Positions 1-6,894 of a stretch of DNA of 30,604 nucleotides are shown here, one piece after another (positions within the stretch are counted from its first letter, which is position 1; the number at the start of each line of letters is the position of its first letter). Source of the DNA: a virus (taxonomy: Duplodnaviria; Caudoviricetes); IMG/VR virus record IMGVR_UViG_3300035135_002382, positions 1 to 30,604 of that record; one strand, 5' to 3'. The notes under the pieces are model-generated. The model was not told the origin of the DNA. It ran no database searches and was given only the letters and a program-made list of their open reading frames with translations. A program made the translations under genes and the position numbers.

Positions 1-283
1 AGTGACAGACTCTGGTGTCTTTTCCATCTTGATATTCTAAACGATACGGAAATGTTGGAAAGGGGTGCATTTCTTCAGGAGTTAATTTTTTCCTTTTAAG
101 TTTGGGTTCAGGTTTCTTCCTGGTTGCTGGTTTCTTCCTCGGTTTGGGTTTGCCAGGTACCGTAGTTTTCTGGCGCGTAGAAGGCGTCTTTGAAGTCTTT
201 GCCTTCGCTTTCGGAGTTGTAGTATTTGTCCCAGATGCCTTCGTAGAGGTCTTTTTTGTCGCAGGTTTTTTCTTTAGTGGCAT
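1..283 (-). CDS. Lys/Thr/Pro-rich basic protein, truncated at the window edge; not in the ORF track
   Basis: Manual translation from ATG at 283 gives MPLKKKPATKKTSTKASGTNTTTPKAKAKTSKTPSTRQKTTVPGKPKPRKKPATRKKPEPKLKRKKLTPEEMHPFPTFPYRLEYQDGKDTRVCH with no stop before base 1. GGAG lies 4 nt upstream. An alternative in-frame ATG is at 70. Confidence 0.65.
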   Translation of the reverse strand, partial: MPLKKKPATKKTSTKASGTNTTTPKAKAKTSKTPSTRQKTTVPGKPKPRKKPATRKKPEPKLKRKKLTPEEMHPFPTFPYRLEYQDGKDTRVCH

Positions 284-347
284 CACGCTCCGTCATTTTT
301 CTGTGCTGTCTAGCACCTAGGTTATCCAAAAAATCGTTGACCATCAC
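108..347 (-). CDS. hypothetical protein (79 aa)
   Basis: The start overlaps the stop of the upstream cupin gene by 4 nt, suggesting translational coupling. The 3' part overlaps the basic ORF in another frame. Confidence 0.55.
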   Translation of the reverse strand: MMVNDFLDNLGARQHRKMTERDATKEKTCDKKDLYEGIWDKYYNSESEGKDFKDAFYAPENYGTWQTQTEEETSNQEET

Positions 348-814
348 TCTCCAATGTCATGAATTACAGGTTGTTCGTGTATAAGAACCCGATAAAGTTC
401 GGGATTGTTACCAGCACTCACAGGCACAAATTCTGTGTCTGCGTTAAACTCTTCATCTCTAACTGCCTGATTGATTACAATCGAACCATCAGCACCTGAG
501 ATGCTACGATGATAAGTTCCAATAGGAACTACCAACGCTCCACTTCTACGATTCATATGAACAATGTGGTAAGGAAACTTCCAATCAAAGTTCACAAGTT
601 CAAACGTTCTTTCACCTGAGAGGACACGATTATGGTCCACTTGATGATGGTGGATGTAGAACTGTTTTGCACCGATTGCATCGTCTGGTGGTGAAACTGC
701 TGGTCCTTCGTGTACCACAAGATCAGATGCGTTTGAATCATCTACACTAATATCATAGAATACAACTGCGGGTGTCTCACGAAACACCCGATGTTTACGA
801 AACTGAACACTCAT
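344..814 (-). CDS. cupin (RmlC-like) fold protein; cyanophage/picocyanobacterial family often labelled 'hemagglutinin-neuraminidase-like'
   Basis: Cupin-like motifs FYIHHHQVDHNRVLSG and LVVPIGTYHRS; coupled to both neighbours by 4-nt overlaps. Confidence 0.7.
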   Translation of the reverse strand: MSVQFRKHRVFRETPAVVFYDISVDDSNASDLVVHEGPAVSPPDDAIGAKQFYIHHHQVDHNRVLSGERTFELVNFDWKFPYHIVHMNRRSGALVVPIGTYHRSISGADGSIVINQAVRDEEFNADTEFVPVSAGNNPELYRVLIHEQPVIHDIGE

Positions 815-1026
815 TTGAATCCTTTACTCTCCTTTTTTGGTTTGTCCAGCACTTCAATGTGTGAAAGGAATACTTTTCTATTCCACCAAATTTCTTGTGC
901 CGACATATAATCTTCGACTACAATACTCTCACCATTCTTGCCTACAACTTTGTAGTGGTGGCGATCATAGTCTTCATACGATGATTGCTCAAAGTATTGA
1001 GGATCATCAGGACGGATTAGTTCCAT
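811..1026 (-). CDS. hypothetical protein (71 aa)
   Basis: Tightly packed with its neighbours (1-nt and 4-nt overlaps); C-terminal KKESKGFK typical of small cyanophage proteins. Confidence 0.75.
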   Translation of the reverse strand: MELIRPDDPQYFEQSSYEDYDRHHYKVVGKNGESIVVEDYMSAQEIWWNRKVFLSHIEVLDKPKKESKGFK

Positions 1027-1217
1027 TACGAAAGAGATTCTGCTAACTTATTTACACGATTGTATTCTTCATACGCATCACTTGCTCGTGCATGAAGAAT
1101 GTCGTAAATATCTTCGCGGATGGTTTCAACATCCACATAATCATCAAAATACTTATCTAACGCCTCTTTCAAGTACCTCTTCCGGTGCCACTCTGGCGAG
1201 TAGGGTTTGTAGTCCAT
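1026..1217 (-). CDS. hypothetical protein (63 aa)
   Basis: ATG-initiated ORF directly downstream of a consensus promoter; stop/start overlap with the next gene. Confidence 0.75.
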   Translation of the reverse strand: MDYKPYSPEWHRKRYLKEALDKYFDDYVDVETIREDIYDILHARASDAYEEYNRVNKLAESLS

Positions 1218-1240
1218 GATTTAGAGTTTATTATGGTGCT

Positions 1241-1269
1241 ATTATAGCACTATCTATTGCGTGGGTCAA
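1241..1269 (-). promoter_or_regulatory. sigma70-type promoter with extended -10
   Basis: Minus strand reads TTGACC-17 nt-TATAAT, with TG-n before the -10 (TGCTATAAT). Confidence 0.8.
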
Positions 1270-1396
1270 GTCCTAAGCGAATGAGATATTCAGTCCACCA
1301 GTCTGGATTTCTTTTTTGTTTCCATTTAGGAACAGGTTTACCCTGTTCCGCATAATAATCGTTGATTGCCTTATCTATAGTCTGTCCGATCTCCAT
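1250..1396 (-). CDS. hypothetical protein (48 aa; start moved from 1477 to ATG at 1396)
   Basis: MEIGQTIDKAINDYY... is preceded by a GAGGAG-rich stretch, and this start removes a long overlap with the upstream ORF. Confidence 0.6.
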   Translation of the reverse strand: MEIGQTIDKAINDYYAEQGKPVPKWKQKRNPDWWTEYLIRLGLDPRNR

Positions 1397-1580
1397 ACTC
1401 CTCTTCCTCCTCATCAACATCTGCATATGCGTTTGCCACATAAGGTCCGTGTGGTTTTTTGGATTCTGCTCTGACATACTTTCGCTCGTCGTTTACTGCG
1501 GAGAACCAAACTGCTACCTTCATTACAATCCAAATCGCCGCTAATGGTGTGAAACAAGCAATTAGGACTAAAGGTTTCAT
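1371..1580 (-). CDS. small membrane protein with acidic tail (69 aa)
   Basis: Hydrophobic N-terminus (LVLIACFTPLAAIWIVMKVAVWF) and a DEEEEE tail; 4-nt overlap with the upstream gene. Confidence 0.7.
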   Translation of the reverse strand: MKPLVLIACFTPLAAIWIVMKVAVWFSAVNDERKYVRAESKKPHGPYVANAYADVDEEEEEYGDRTDYR

Positions 1581-1810
1581 AATAGATTATTCTGCTTGAA
1601 GTAGTTTAATGTATCCTTTAACCCACCAATATGTTTGAAACCAACATTAACTTGTGGGTATTCTGCTTCTTCACCAAACTCCTCAACAAAACCTCTTTGC
1701 GAAAAGTGTTGATTTAATTTATAAACGTGAATCTGAAAGTTAAGTTTTTCCAAGAGAACTTTGGCACGTTCACACTCTTGGTTGCCGTTGGAATAGATTA
1801 CTGCTTCCAT
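1577..1810 (-). CDS. glutaredoxin-like protein with degenerate active site (NQEC)
   Basis: Grx-fold pattern VIYS...CERAKVLL...YPQV...HIGG. Confidence 0.8.
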   Translation of the reverse strand: MEAVIYSNGNQECERAKVLLEKLNFQIHVYKLNQHFSQRGFVEEFGEEAEYPQVNVGFKHIGGLKDTLNYFKQNNLL

Positions 1811-2037
1811 TACTTTTGCTCCTCATATTCGATAACAATTCTTTTGTAATTCCTACCTGTGTGATCTACGCAGGTGATGTGAACCAATTTACCCTTTAAT
1901 CCATCTGCTACTTGATGCAGAACGCTCCAGGGAACTTCTTTTTCTATTCTTCCTTCTACCATAGTTTTCTTCTGGTCGTCCCAGATGTAATCGGTAATTT
2001 TTCCGTCTTTATCAGTGACGGTGCAATTAGTTAGCAT
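1810..2037 (-). CDS. hypothetical protein (75 aa; start moved to ATG at 2037)
   Basis: AGGAG Shine-Dalgarno 6 nt before the ATG of MLTNCTVTDKDG... Confidence 0.7.
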   Translation of the reverse strand: MLTNCTVTDKDGKITDYIWDDQKKTMVEGRIEKEVPWSVLHQVADGLKGKLVHITCVDHTGRNYKRIVIEYEEQK

Positions 2038-2164
2038 AATTACTCCTTTCAATCCACTCGTCAATCTGTTCTTGAGTAGGAACTATGATTCTAAAAGCAA
2101 GACCTTCTTCAATGAACTCTTCGTTCATCTTTTCATATGTTTCAGGAGTAATCTTTTCAGTCAC
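2027..2164 (-). CDS. hypothetical protein (45 aa; below the ORF-track cutoff)
   Basis: GTG start with GGAGG 4 nt upstream; MTEKITPETYEKMNEEFIEEGLAFRIIVPTQEQIDEWIERSNYAN fills the gap and overlaps both neighbours slightly. Confidence 0.7.
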   Translation of the reverse strand: MTEKITPETYEKMNEEFIEEGLAFRIIVPTQEQIDEWIERSNYAN

Positions 2165-2471
2165 GTTGCCTCCAATCATCAGGTTTATCACGTTGGAACC
2201 AATCTACAATTTCATCAGCACCATCAAACCCCGTTTTGTAATTGGATGGGTCGGGATCACCTAATCCCATCCTATTCATAAAATCATCCATACTACCCTC
2301 TTCAATATCTTGTGATGCCTGGCGACGTGCTTTATTCAACCAATCTCTAGCGAGAGTATGTGCTTTAGCAAGTTTTTCTGCCCAGATCATATCCTCCAGA
2401 GGAACTTCCTCATTGTTTGCAATACAACGACAAATAGATTCAAGACGAAGGCGGTACGCAGTAGATAACAT
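2157..2471 (-). CDS. conserved cyanophage hypothetical protein (104 aa)
   Basis: MLSTAYRLRLESIC...WRQRD recalled as a recurrent cyanophage family; preceded by a late-promoter motif. Confidence 0.8.
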   Translation of the reverse strand: MLSTAYRLRLESICRCIANNEEVPLEDMIWAEKLAKAHTLARDWLNKARRQASQDIEEGSMDDFMNRMGLGDPDPSNYKTGFDGADEIVDWFQRDKPDDWRQRD

Positions 2472-2475
2472 AAGT

Positions 2476-2724
2476 TTATGTCTCTTTATCTTTATTTATT
2501 TCTACCATCAATTCCTTAGCAATTCGCAAGGAGCGACGATATATGAGATATTTTACCACAGGATTCTTTGGATTGTTAGTCAACCACCACCAGTGGCGTT
2601 TAATGTTGGTAATTACTAACTTAAAAACATATACAAAAGCAGCAGCAATACTTTCATCAATAAAGATTAGATATGCCACTGCTGCAAAAAATCCTAAAAG
2701 GATAATTTGTGTTATGCTCATCAA
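2476..2724 (-). CDS. small membrane protein (82 aa)
   Basis: Hydrophobic N-terminal segments; 4-nt overlap with the upstream gene. Confidence 0.7.
   Translation of the reverse strand: MMSITQIILLGFFAAVAYLIFIDESIAAAFVYVFKLVITNIKRHWWWLTNNPKNPVVKYLIYRRSLRIAKELMVEINKDKET
2493..2499 (-). promoter_or_regulatory. T4-like late promoter (ATAAATA)
   Basis: ATAAATA about 21 nt upstream of the 2471 start. Confidence 0.5.
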
Positions 2725-2903
2725 TGAAATTCCTGATTTCTACGCTCATCAAGATACTGGATCACTTCTGTTCTCCATTCCATTAGTTCATTAAAGCACT
2801 CTTGATTGTGAGCACATTGACGAAGTTGATGATCTGGTTTCAGGACACTTTCATAGAAAAGACCAAGAGCATCGCGTCGTTTTTCGTGTTTTTGATCGGT
2901 CAT
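2721..2903 (-). CDS. hypothetical protein (60 aa)
   Basis: Coupled to both neighbours by 4-nt overlaps. Confidence 0.75.
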   Translation of the reverse strand: MTDQKHEKRRDALGLFYESVLKPDHQLRQCAHNQECFNELMEWRTEVIQYLDERRNQEFH

Positions 2904-3130
2904 TTGCGTGACTTCTTTTTAAGAGTTTTCTTTTGGTTGTTGATAAAATCAACAGATTGTTTGTAGGTATTCAATATCTTTACTTGACTCCCATTATGTA
3001 TAATCATGAACTTCTTACCGCAAGGAACTGCCGCCCACATACCATCATTAGTCACATAACCTAGAGGGTCTTGTGGTTTAGGTTCTAAAATACCTGGGCG
3101 TGGTATAAAAGGTTTGAGAAACTTTTCCAT
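2900..3130 (-). CDS. hypothetical protein (76 aa; ATG at 3130)
   Basis: TGATG overlap with the upstream 46-aa gene. Confidence 0.75.
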   Translation of the reverse strand: MEKFLKPFIPRPGILEPKPQDPLGYVTNDGMWAAVPCGKKFMIIHNGSQVKILNTYKQSVDFINNQKKTLKKKSRK

Positions 3131-3270
3131 CAAAAAACTGCGGTAACACTTACGATTCTAGCACCAGGGTTGCGAGCAGTCGCAACTTTCTTGGCATCTT
3201 CGTAATCAACGGCAACAACTTCCTCCTTGAAGACAGTTCCTGCTTTGAAGAGAGTGACTTTACAACGCAT
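3130..3270 (-). CDS. small hypothetical protein (46 aa; below the ORF-track cutoff)
   Basis: MRCKVTLFKAGTVFKEEVVAVDYEDAKKVATARNPGARIVSVTAVF starts 3 nt after the helicase stop, and its stop overlaps the next ATG. Confidence 0.75.
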   Translation of the reverse strand: MRCKVTLFKAGTVFKEEVVAVDYEDAKKVATARNPGARIVSVTAVF

Positions 3271-3273
3271 GAT

Positions 3274-4443
3274 TCAGCGGCGGATAACGGAAACGGCGGG
3301 TTGACCTTGTTCAAACACAGTATTAACTACTGCCTGAACGCTCCTAGCAGTGCTGATACCCACTTTATCAGCAACAGGAACACAAACTAACCCAAAGGTT
3401 TTTTGAGAACCTCCTAGGCGGATTACACGCCCGATTGATTGAGAGATACCAATATAGTCCATGTTACGCATAAACATCACAGCATCAAGTCCCTTGACAT
3501 TGATACCCTCAGAAAGAATAGAGTGGTGAATGATAACAAAACGTGTATCACTTTCACCCCAAGCATTGAGAGTCTTGAAGAACTCATCGCGGGTAACTTT
3601 CTTGCCATTGATGATAGCACCAGTCTTGGAAGTGATATACATCCAGTTGTAACCACGTTGCTCAATCTCATAAGTAAAATCAGATTGAGTAATGAGTCGA
3701 ACAATCTGCTTGGTAGAACGAGCAGCAATTAGGATCTTTTTAGCATCGTTATCATCAATAGTATCTAACAGATTCTTAGAATCAGATTGTTTGAAATCAC
3801 CTTGAGGGAGTTGAGTGATACTAACCTTTGGGGGCAGAATGTAACCCTCCTCAACTAATTTAGGGGCAGGAACATTACAAATAACTTGCCCATAAACACG
3901 GGAATCATTCATTCCAGGTTTGCGAACAGTCAATGAGTGCTTAGGTGTTGCTGTAAAGTAGAAGCAACGTCTCGCATGGCGACTGTAATACTCTGTAGGA
4001 ACATAAAAGTTACGCTGAACAGAGTTATGTGCCTCATCAAAATAAATGGTATCAACACAGATACCAGACTGAACAATCTTCTCTAACGAATGATAAGTTG
4101 TGAAGATGATGCAGGACTCACCTGCTGCCCGTGCAGTATTATTGAACAGGGCAATCTTGTCGCTCTTGGTAGTGCTGAAGTAGTCCGTTTCACCACTGTG
4201 AACGTGCATAACGTGTGTCCAAGTAGCAGACACAAACTCCATGAACTCTTTGCACAACTGTTTAGCAAGGAGAATACGAGGAGCAACAACCACAGTAGTT
4301 CTACAACTATGATATTGATGATTCAAATAATCTTGAATCATACAAATGGTCTTGCCACCACCCGTGGGGATGATGACCTGTCCTTTGTCATACGCCAGCA
4401 TGGCGTCCACTGCCTGCTGCTGGTGAGGGCGAAGGTTGATCAA
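3274..4443 (-). CDS. superfamily 2 DEAH helicase/ATPase (ResIII-like)
   Basis: Q motif LRPHQ, Walker A PTGGGKT, Walker B FDEAH, motif III TATP, motif V LSEGINV, motif VI QSIGRVIR; no obvious nuclease domain; TTG start. Confidence 0.9.
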   Translation of the reverse strand: MINLRPHQQQAVDAMLAYDKGQVIIPTGGGKTICMIQDYLNHQYHSCRTTVVVAPRILLAKQLCKEFMEFVSATWTHVMHVHSGETDYFSTTKSDKIALFNNTARAAGESCIIFTTYHSLEKIVQSGICVDTIYFDEAHNSVQRNFYVPTEYYSRHARRCFYFTATPKHSLTVRKPGMNDSRVYGQVICNVPAPKLVEEGYILPPKVSITQLPQGDFKQSDSKNLLDTIDDNDAKKILIAARSTKQIVRLITQSDFTYEIEQRGYNWMYITSKTGAIINGKKVTRDEFFKTLNAWGESDTRFVIIHHSILSEGINVKGLDAVMFMRNMDYIGISQSIGRVIRLGGSQKTFGLVCVPVADKVGISTARSVQAVVNTVFEQGQPAVSVIRR

Positions 4444-4468
4444 GTGGTGTCCTGTTCAGTATGGATAC

Positions 4469-4477
4469 ATTATAGCA
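4469..4477 (-). promoter_or_regulatory. extended -10 promoter element for the helicase
   Basis: TGCTATAAT 25 nt upstream of the helicase start; no canonical -35. Confidence 0.65.
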
Positions 4478-4510
4478 GAAAACCGCCCACAGGGGAACCC
4501 AGTGGACGGT
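4478..4510 (-). terminator. putative intrinsic terminator after the winged-helix gene
   Basis: Minus-strand hairpin ACCGTCCACTGGG-TTC-CCCTGTGGGCGGT followed by a short T run, 14 nt after the stop at 4525. Confidence 0.55.
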
Positions 4511-4524
4511 CTGTAGATTGGTCC

Positions 4525-4995
4525 TCAGCGCAAGAGGCAATAGGTTCCACTCTTACCACCTGCATAGAAGCGAAGGCGTTTGTCATCACGCAACACTTGC
4601 AGTTCTGCAAGAATTGTACCGCGATAACTCTCTTCACTCTTAAATTCGTTAGAAAAGCGATATGGGCGGATAGCATTATATGCTTCTTTTGCAGTGAAAA
4701 TCTGATTTACCTTGAAACTTTCACTGAGAATTTTGTAAGTAAATTCAACTTTTGTAATGTCGGTTTCAGTCACTGGTTCAGTAACTTTTTTTTCAACTTT
4801 ATTTTCAAAATCTTGAGCATCAAGTTTATCCTCAAGATCCATTTGCATTTTCATCAAGATACCAACCAAAGTAGGATTCTTCATTGCATATCCAGGGCAG
4901 AATCGAGAGTCGATACTTTCCTTAGCAAATGCAAGTGATTGATCTACCTGCCATTGTGAAAAAGCTTTGTTAGTAAGTTTGTGAGCGGTTGCCAT
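4525..4995 (-). CDS. protein with a C-terminal DpnI-C (Dam-replacing family)-like winged-helix domain
   Basis: C-terminal FTAKEAY...ILAELQVLRDDKRLRF...GTY resembles the DpnI C-terminal pattern F(T/S)LxxxY...IRQQLQxLRDxGxIEF..GxY; has its own promoter. Confidence 0.65.
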   Translation of the reverse strand: MATAHKLTNKAFSQWQVDQSLAFAKESIDSRFCPGYAMKNPTLVGILMKMQMDLEDKLDAQDFENKVEKKVTEPVTETDITKVEFTYKILSESFKVNQIFTAKEAYNAIRPYRFSNEFKSEESYRGTILAELQVLRDDKRLRFYAGGKSGTYCLLR

Positions 4996-5020
4996 TTAGT
5001 GTTGTATTGAAGGCAAAGTC

Positions 5021-5049
5021 ATTATAGGGTGATAAGGGAAGCAGGTCAA
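5021..5049 (-). promoter_or_regulatory. sigma70-type promoter
   Basis: TTGACC-17 nt-TATAAT, 25 nt upstream of ATG at 4995. Confidence 0.85.
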
Positions 5050-5062
5050 CCCCCTTATGCCA

Positions 5063-5470
5063 CTAGAAGAACTGTTCCACTCCTACAGGTTCTCCGAAAG
5101 AATAATCATAGGTGAGAGCATCATGGCAAACATAATGTGGATGATCTAAAGGTACACCAACCCTTTCACACATTTCTTTGTGATTATCTTCCATCAACTC
5201 AACAGCGTAAAGCATATTGTTTAGAACATGCTCTTCTGAATGATACTTAACCAATTCTCCTTTAAGTGCAAGGATAAAGTTACCAGAACCAGCAGAGTTA
5301 TCCAGAAACTTTGATTCTGGATTCTTTCTCTTCTCAATATCAATCATCTGAACCATCTCTTCACACATTTTCATGGGTGTGAATACTTCTTGCGTTTCAG
5401 CAATTCTTTGATCTGAGCGTTCGATATTAGATCCAGTATCTTTATTGTGTTTATTCTTATCAGTGCCCAT
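5063..5470 (-). CDS. small N6-adenine DNA methyltransferase subunit, SAM-binding half (135 aa; start moved to ATG at 5470)
   Basis: Motif X EVFTP, motif I FLDNSAGSGNF, motif II YAVEL and motif III HDAL; ends before any (N/D)PP(Y/F). ATG overlaps the upstream gene end by 11 nt. Confidence 0.8.
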   Translation of the reverse strand: MGTDKNKHNKDTGSNIERSDQRIAETQEVFTPMKMCEEMVQMIDIEKRKNPESKFLDNSAGSGNFILALKGELVKYHSEEHVLNNMLYAVELMEDNHKEMCERVGVPLDHPHYVCHDALTYDYSFGEPVGVEQFF

Positions 5471-6818
5471 TTCCGTACCGTTCAGTATATGCTTTGATAA
5501 ATTTACCCTTGCCAAGATGAGGAATACCATTGGTAGTTCCTGTAGCAATCTTTCTCAAACTACCGTCACCATTCTGTCCCATAGCAACAATACGTTCAAG
5601 AATTTCTTCTTTGGTAATGATGCCATCTGGACGAACACGAATGTAATTATGAGAAGAAGATTTCTCATAATCTAACCAAGGTTTTCCATCAGCATTCTTT
5701 TCGCCTGGCAGAAAAACTTTGCCAGATGCTCCCCCTCCATCTCCACCAACAAAAATATCGGCACTGTGACGATTGTCATACTTGAGAAACTCGATATGAG
5801 GATGCTGTTTATATTCAGGATCTAGTTCACGTTGCTTCTCACCAATCTTCCATTCTTGAATACAAGCATCAATACTTGCAGCAAAATCATTATCAGCACA
5901 ATCTTTATTACTAACAATCTCAAGATCACGATTGATCTTGTTGTAGTTAGCAGAACCTTGCTTTACAGATTTGGGGAGAACGAGAATAATCTGTCCATCC
6001 TTAGCACGAACACGTTCCGCAGAATTATTCAAAAACTTAAGTGCTAACCTACCACCTTTACCGTAAGGAGGATTACCAATAACAGCATCAAAATCCATGT
6101 CGTTGTATTCTTCTTCGGTGATTTTAGTAATGTTATCAGGAACATTCGCCATTCCTGAAGGATTCATATCATAATCCTTATCGGTGTAGATATTCGTATA
6201 TCCTTTCTTAGTTAGTGTGATAGAAAAATGACCAAAAGCATCCTGTGGCACATAAATCATAGCATCTTTTGCCAGATTTTTCAACTTATCAATGATTTCT
6301 ACTACGAGATGTAGTTTAGGAGCACGAACTGCTTCTGGATTCTTCTCTTTAATCAGTTTCTTATGAGATTCTGGAGTAAATCCGAAAACTTTTTCTTGCT
6401 CGTAAAATCTTTCATTGACTTCTTTAACTTGTTGCTTGAGAAAAGAAATAAATTCCGAATAAGATGTAATCCACAAGGGTGCTTCAACAACTTCTTGAGA
6501 TCCACCTAGAGTTGTTTTTCTACACCCAGCAGCAAATAAAAAAGATCTAATGTAATGATCTGTCAAGTCAATATGACAATCTAGATAATCATCAGCAACA
6601 ACTTCTTCTGGTAGGTGTGAATAATCCCTATCATCAAATCTTTTGAATCCTCTTTCCGCTTTTGTCATACCAACAAAAGCACAGATAGGATACTCACCAA
6701 GTTCAATCAATCTTTTAATTGCTGCTTGTTGGTGAAAATAAATCCTAGTATGTTTAGTATCTAGTGGGGGAGAATAAAAAGGATCCTCGGCGTGAATAGC
6801 ATCCATCAAACCATTCAT
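5460..6818 (-). CDS. Eco57I-like (gamma-class) adenine methyltransferase catalytic domain with putative N-terminal GIY-YIG-like domain
   Basis: Motif IV FDAVIGNPPY and downstream LKFL...DGQIILVLP; motif I degenerate (YVPQDAFGHF). The N-terminal IY...FVGMT...R...DHYIR..L...E spacing is GIY-YIG/T5orf172-like. Confidence 0.75.
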   Translation of the reverse strand: MNGLMDAIHAEDPFYSPPLDTKHTRIYFHQQAAIKRLIELGEYPICAFVGMTKAERGFKRFDDRDYSHLPEEVVADDYLDCHIDLTDHYIRSFLFAAGCRKTTLGGSQEVVEAPLWITSYSEFISFLKQQVKEVNERFYEQEKVFGFTPESHKKLIKEKNPEAVRAPKLHLVVEIIDKLKNLAKDAMIYVPQDAFGHFSITLTKKGYTNIYTDKDYDMNPSGMANVPDNITKITEEEYNDMDFDAVIGNPPYGKGGRLALKFLNNSAERVRAKDGQIILVLPKSVKQGSANYNKINRDLEIVSNKDCADNDFAASIDACIQEWKIGEKQRELDPEYKQHPHIEFLKYDNRHSADIFVGGDGGGASGKVFLPGEKNADGKPWLDYEKSSSHNYIRVRPDGIITKEEILERIVAMGQNGDGSLRKIATGTTNGIPHLGKGKFIKAYTERYGNGH

Positions 6819-6839
6819 TACTTTGATTCAATTACTCTG

Positions 6840-6894
6840 ATTATATGCCATATTTGATCGCAATGGTAAATCGGTGTCCACTTCTATAACTGGT
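6840..6894 (-). promoter_or_regulatory. putative early promoter: TATAAT plus upstream pseudo-palindromic motif
   Basis: TATAAT at 6840-6845 with ACCAGTTATAGAAGTGGACAC 28 nt upstream; a similar arrangement occurs at two downstream promoters. Confidence 0.55.

Noticed and set aside
102-320. Hydrophobic 72-aa plus-strand ORF
   Set aside because: Its Phe/Val/Gly richness simply mirrors the Lys/Thr/Pro-rich minus-strand ORF.
344-814. True hemagglutinin-neuraminidase function
   Set aside because: The protein is far too short for a sialidase propeller and shows cupin motifs; the label is a legacy annotation.
4090-4938. 282-aa plus-strand ORF
   Set aside because: It is antisense to the helicase, its promoter and the winged-helix gene, has no recognisable motifs, and all supported genes here are on the minus strand.
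5063-6818. Frameshifted pseudogene of a single methyltransferase
   Set aside because: The large ORF already has its own degenerate motif I upstream of NPPY, and the small ORF has its own ATG and complete motifs X-III, so the two do not join into one canonical enzyme.
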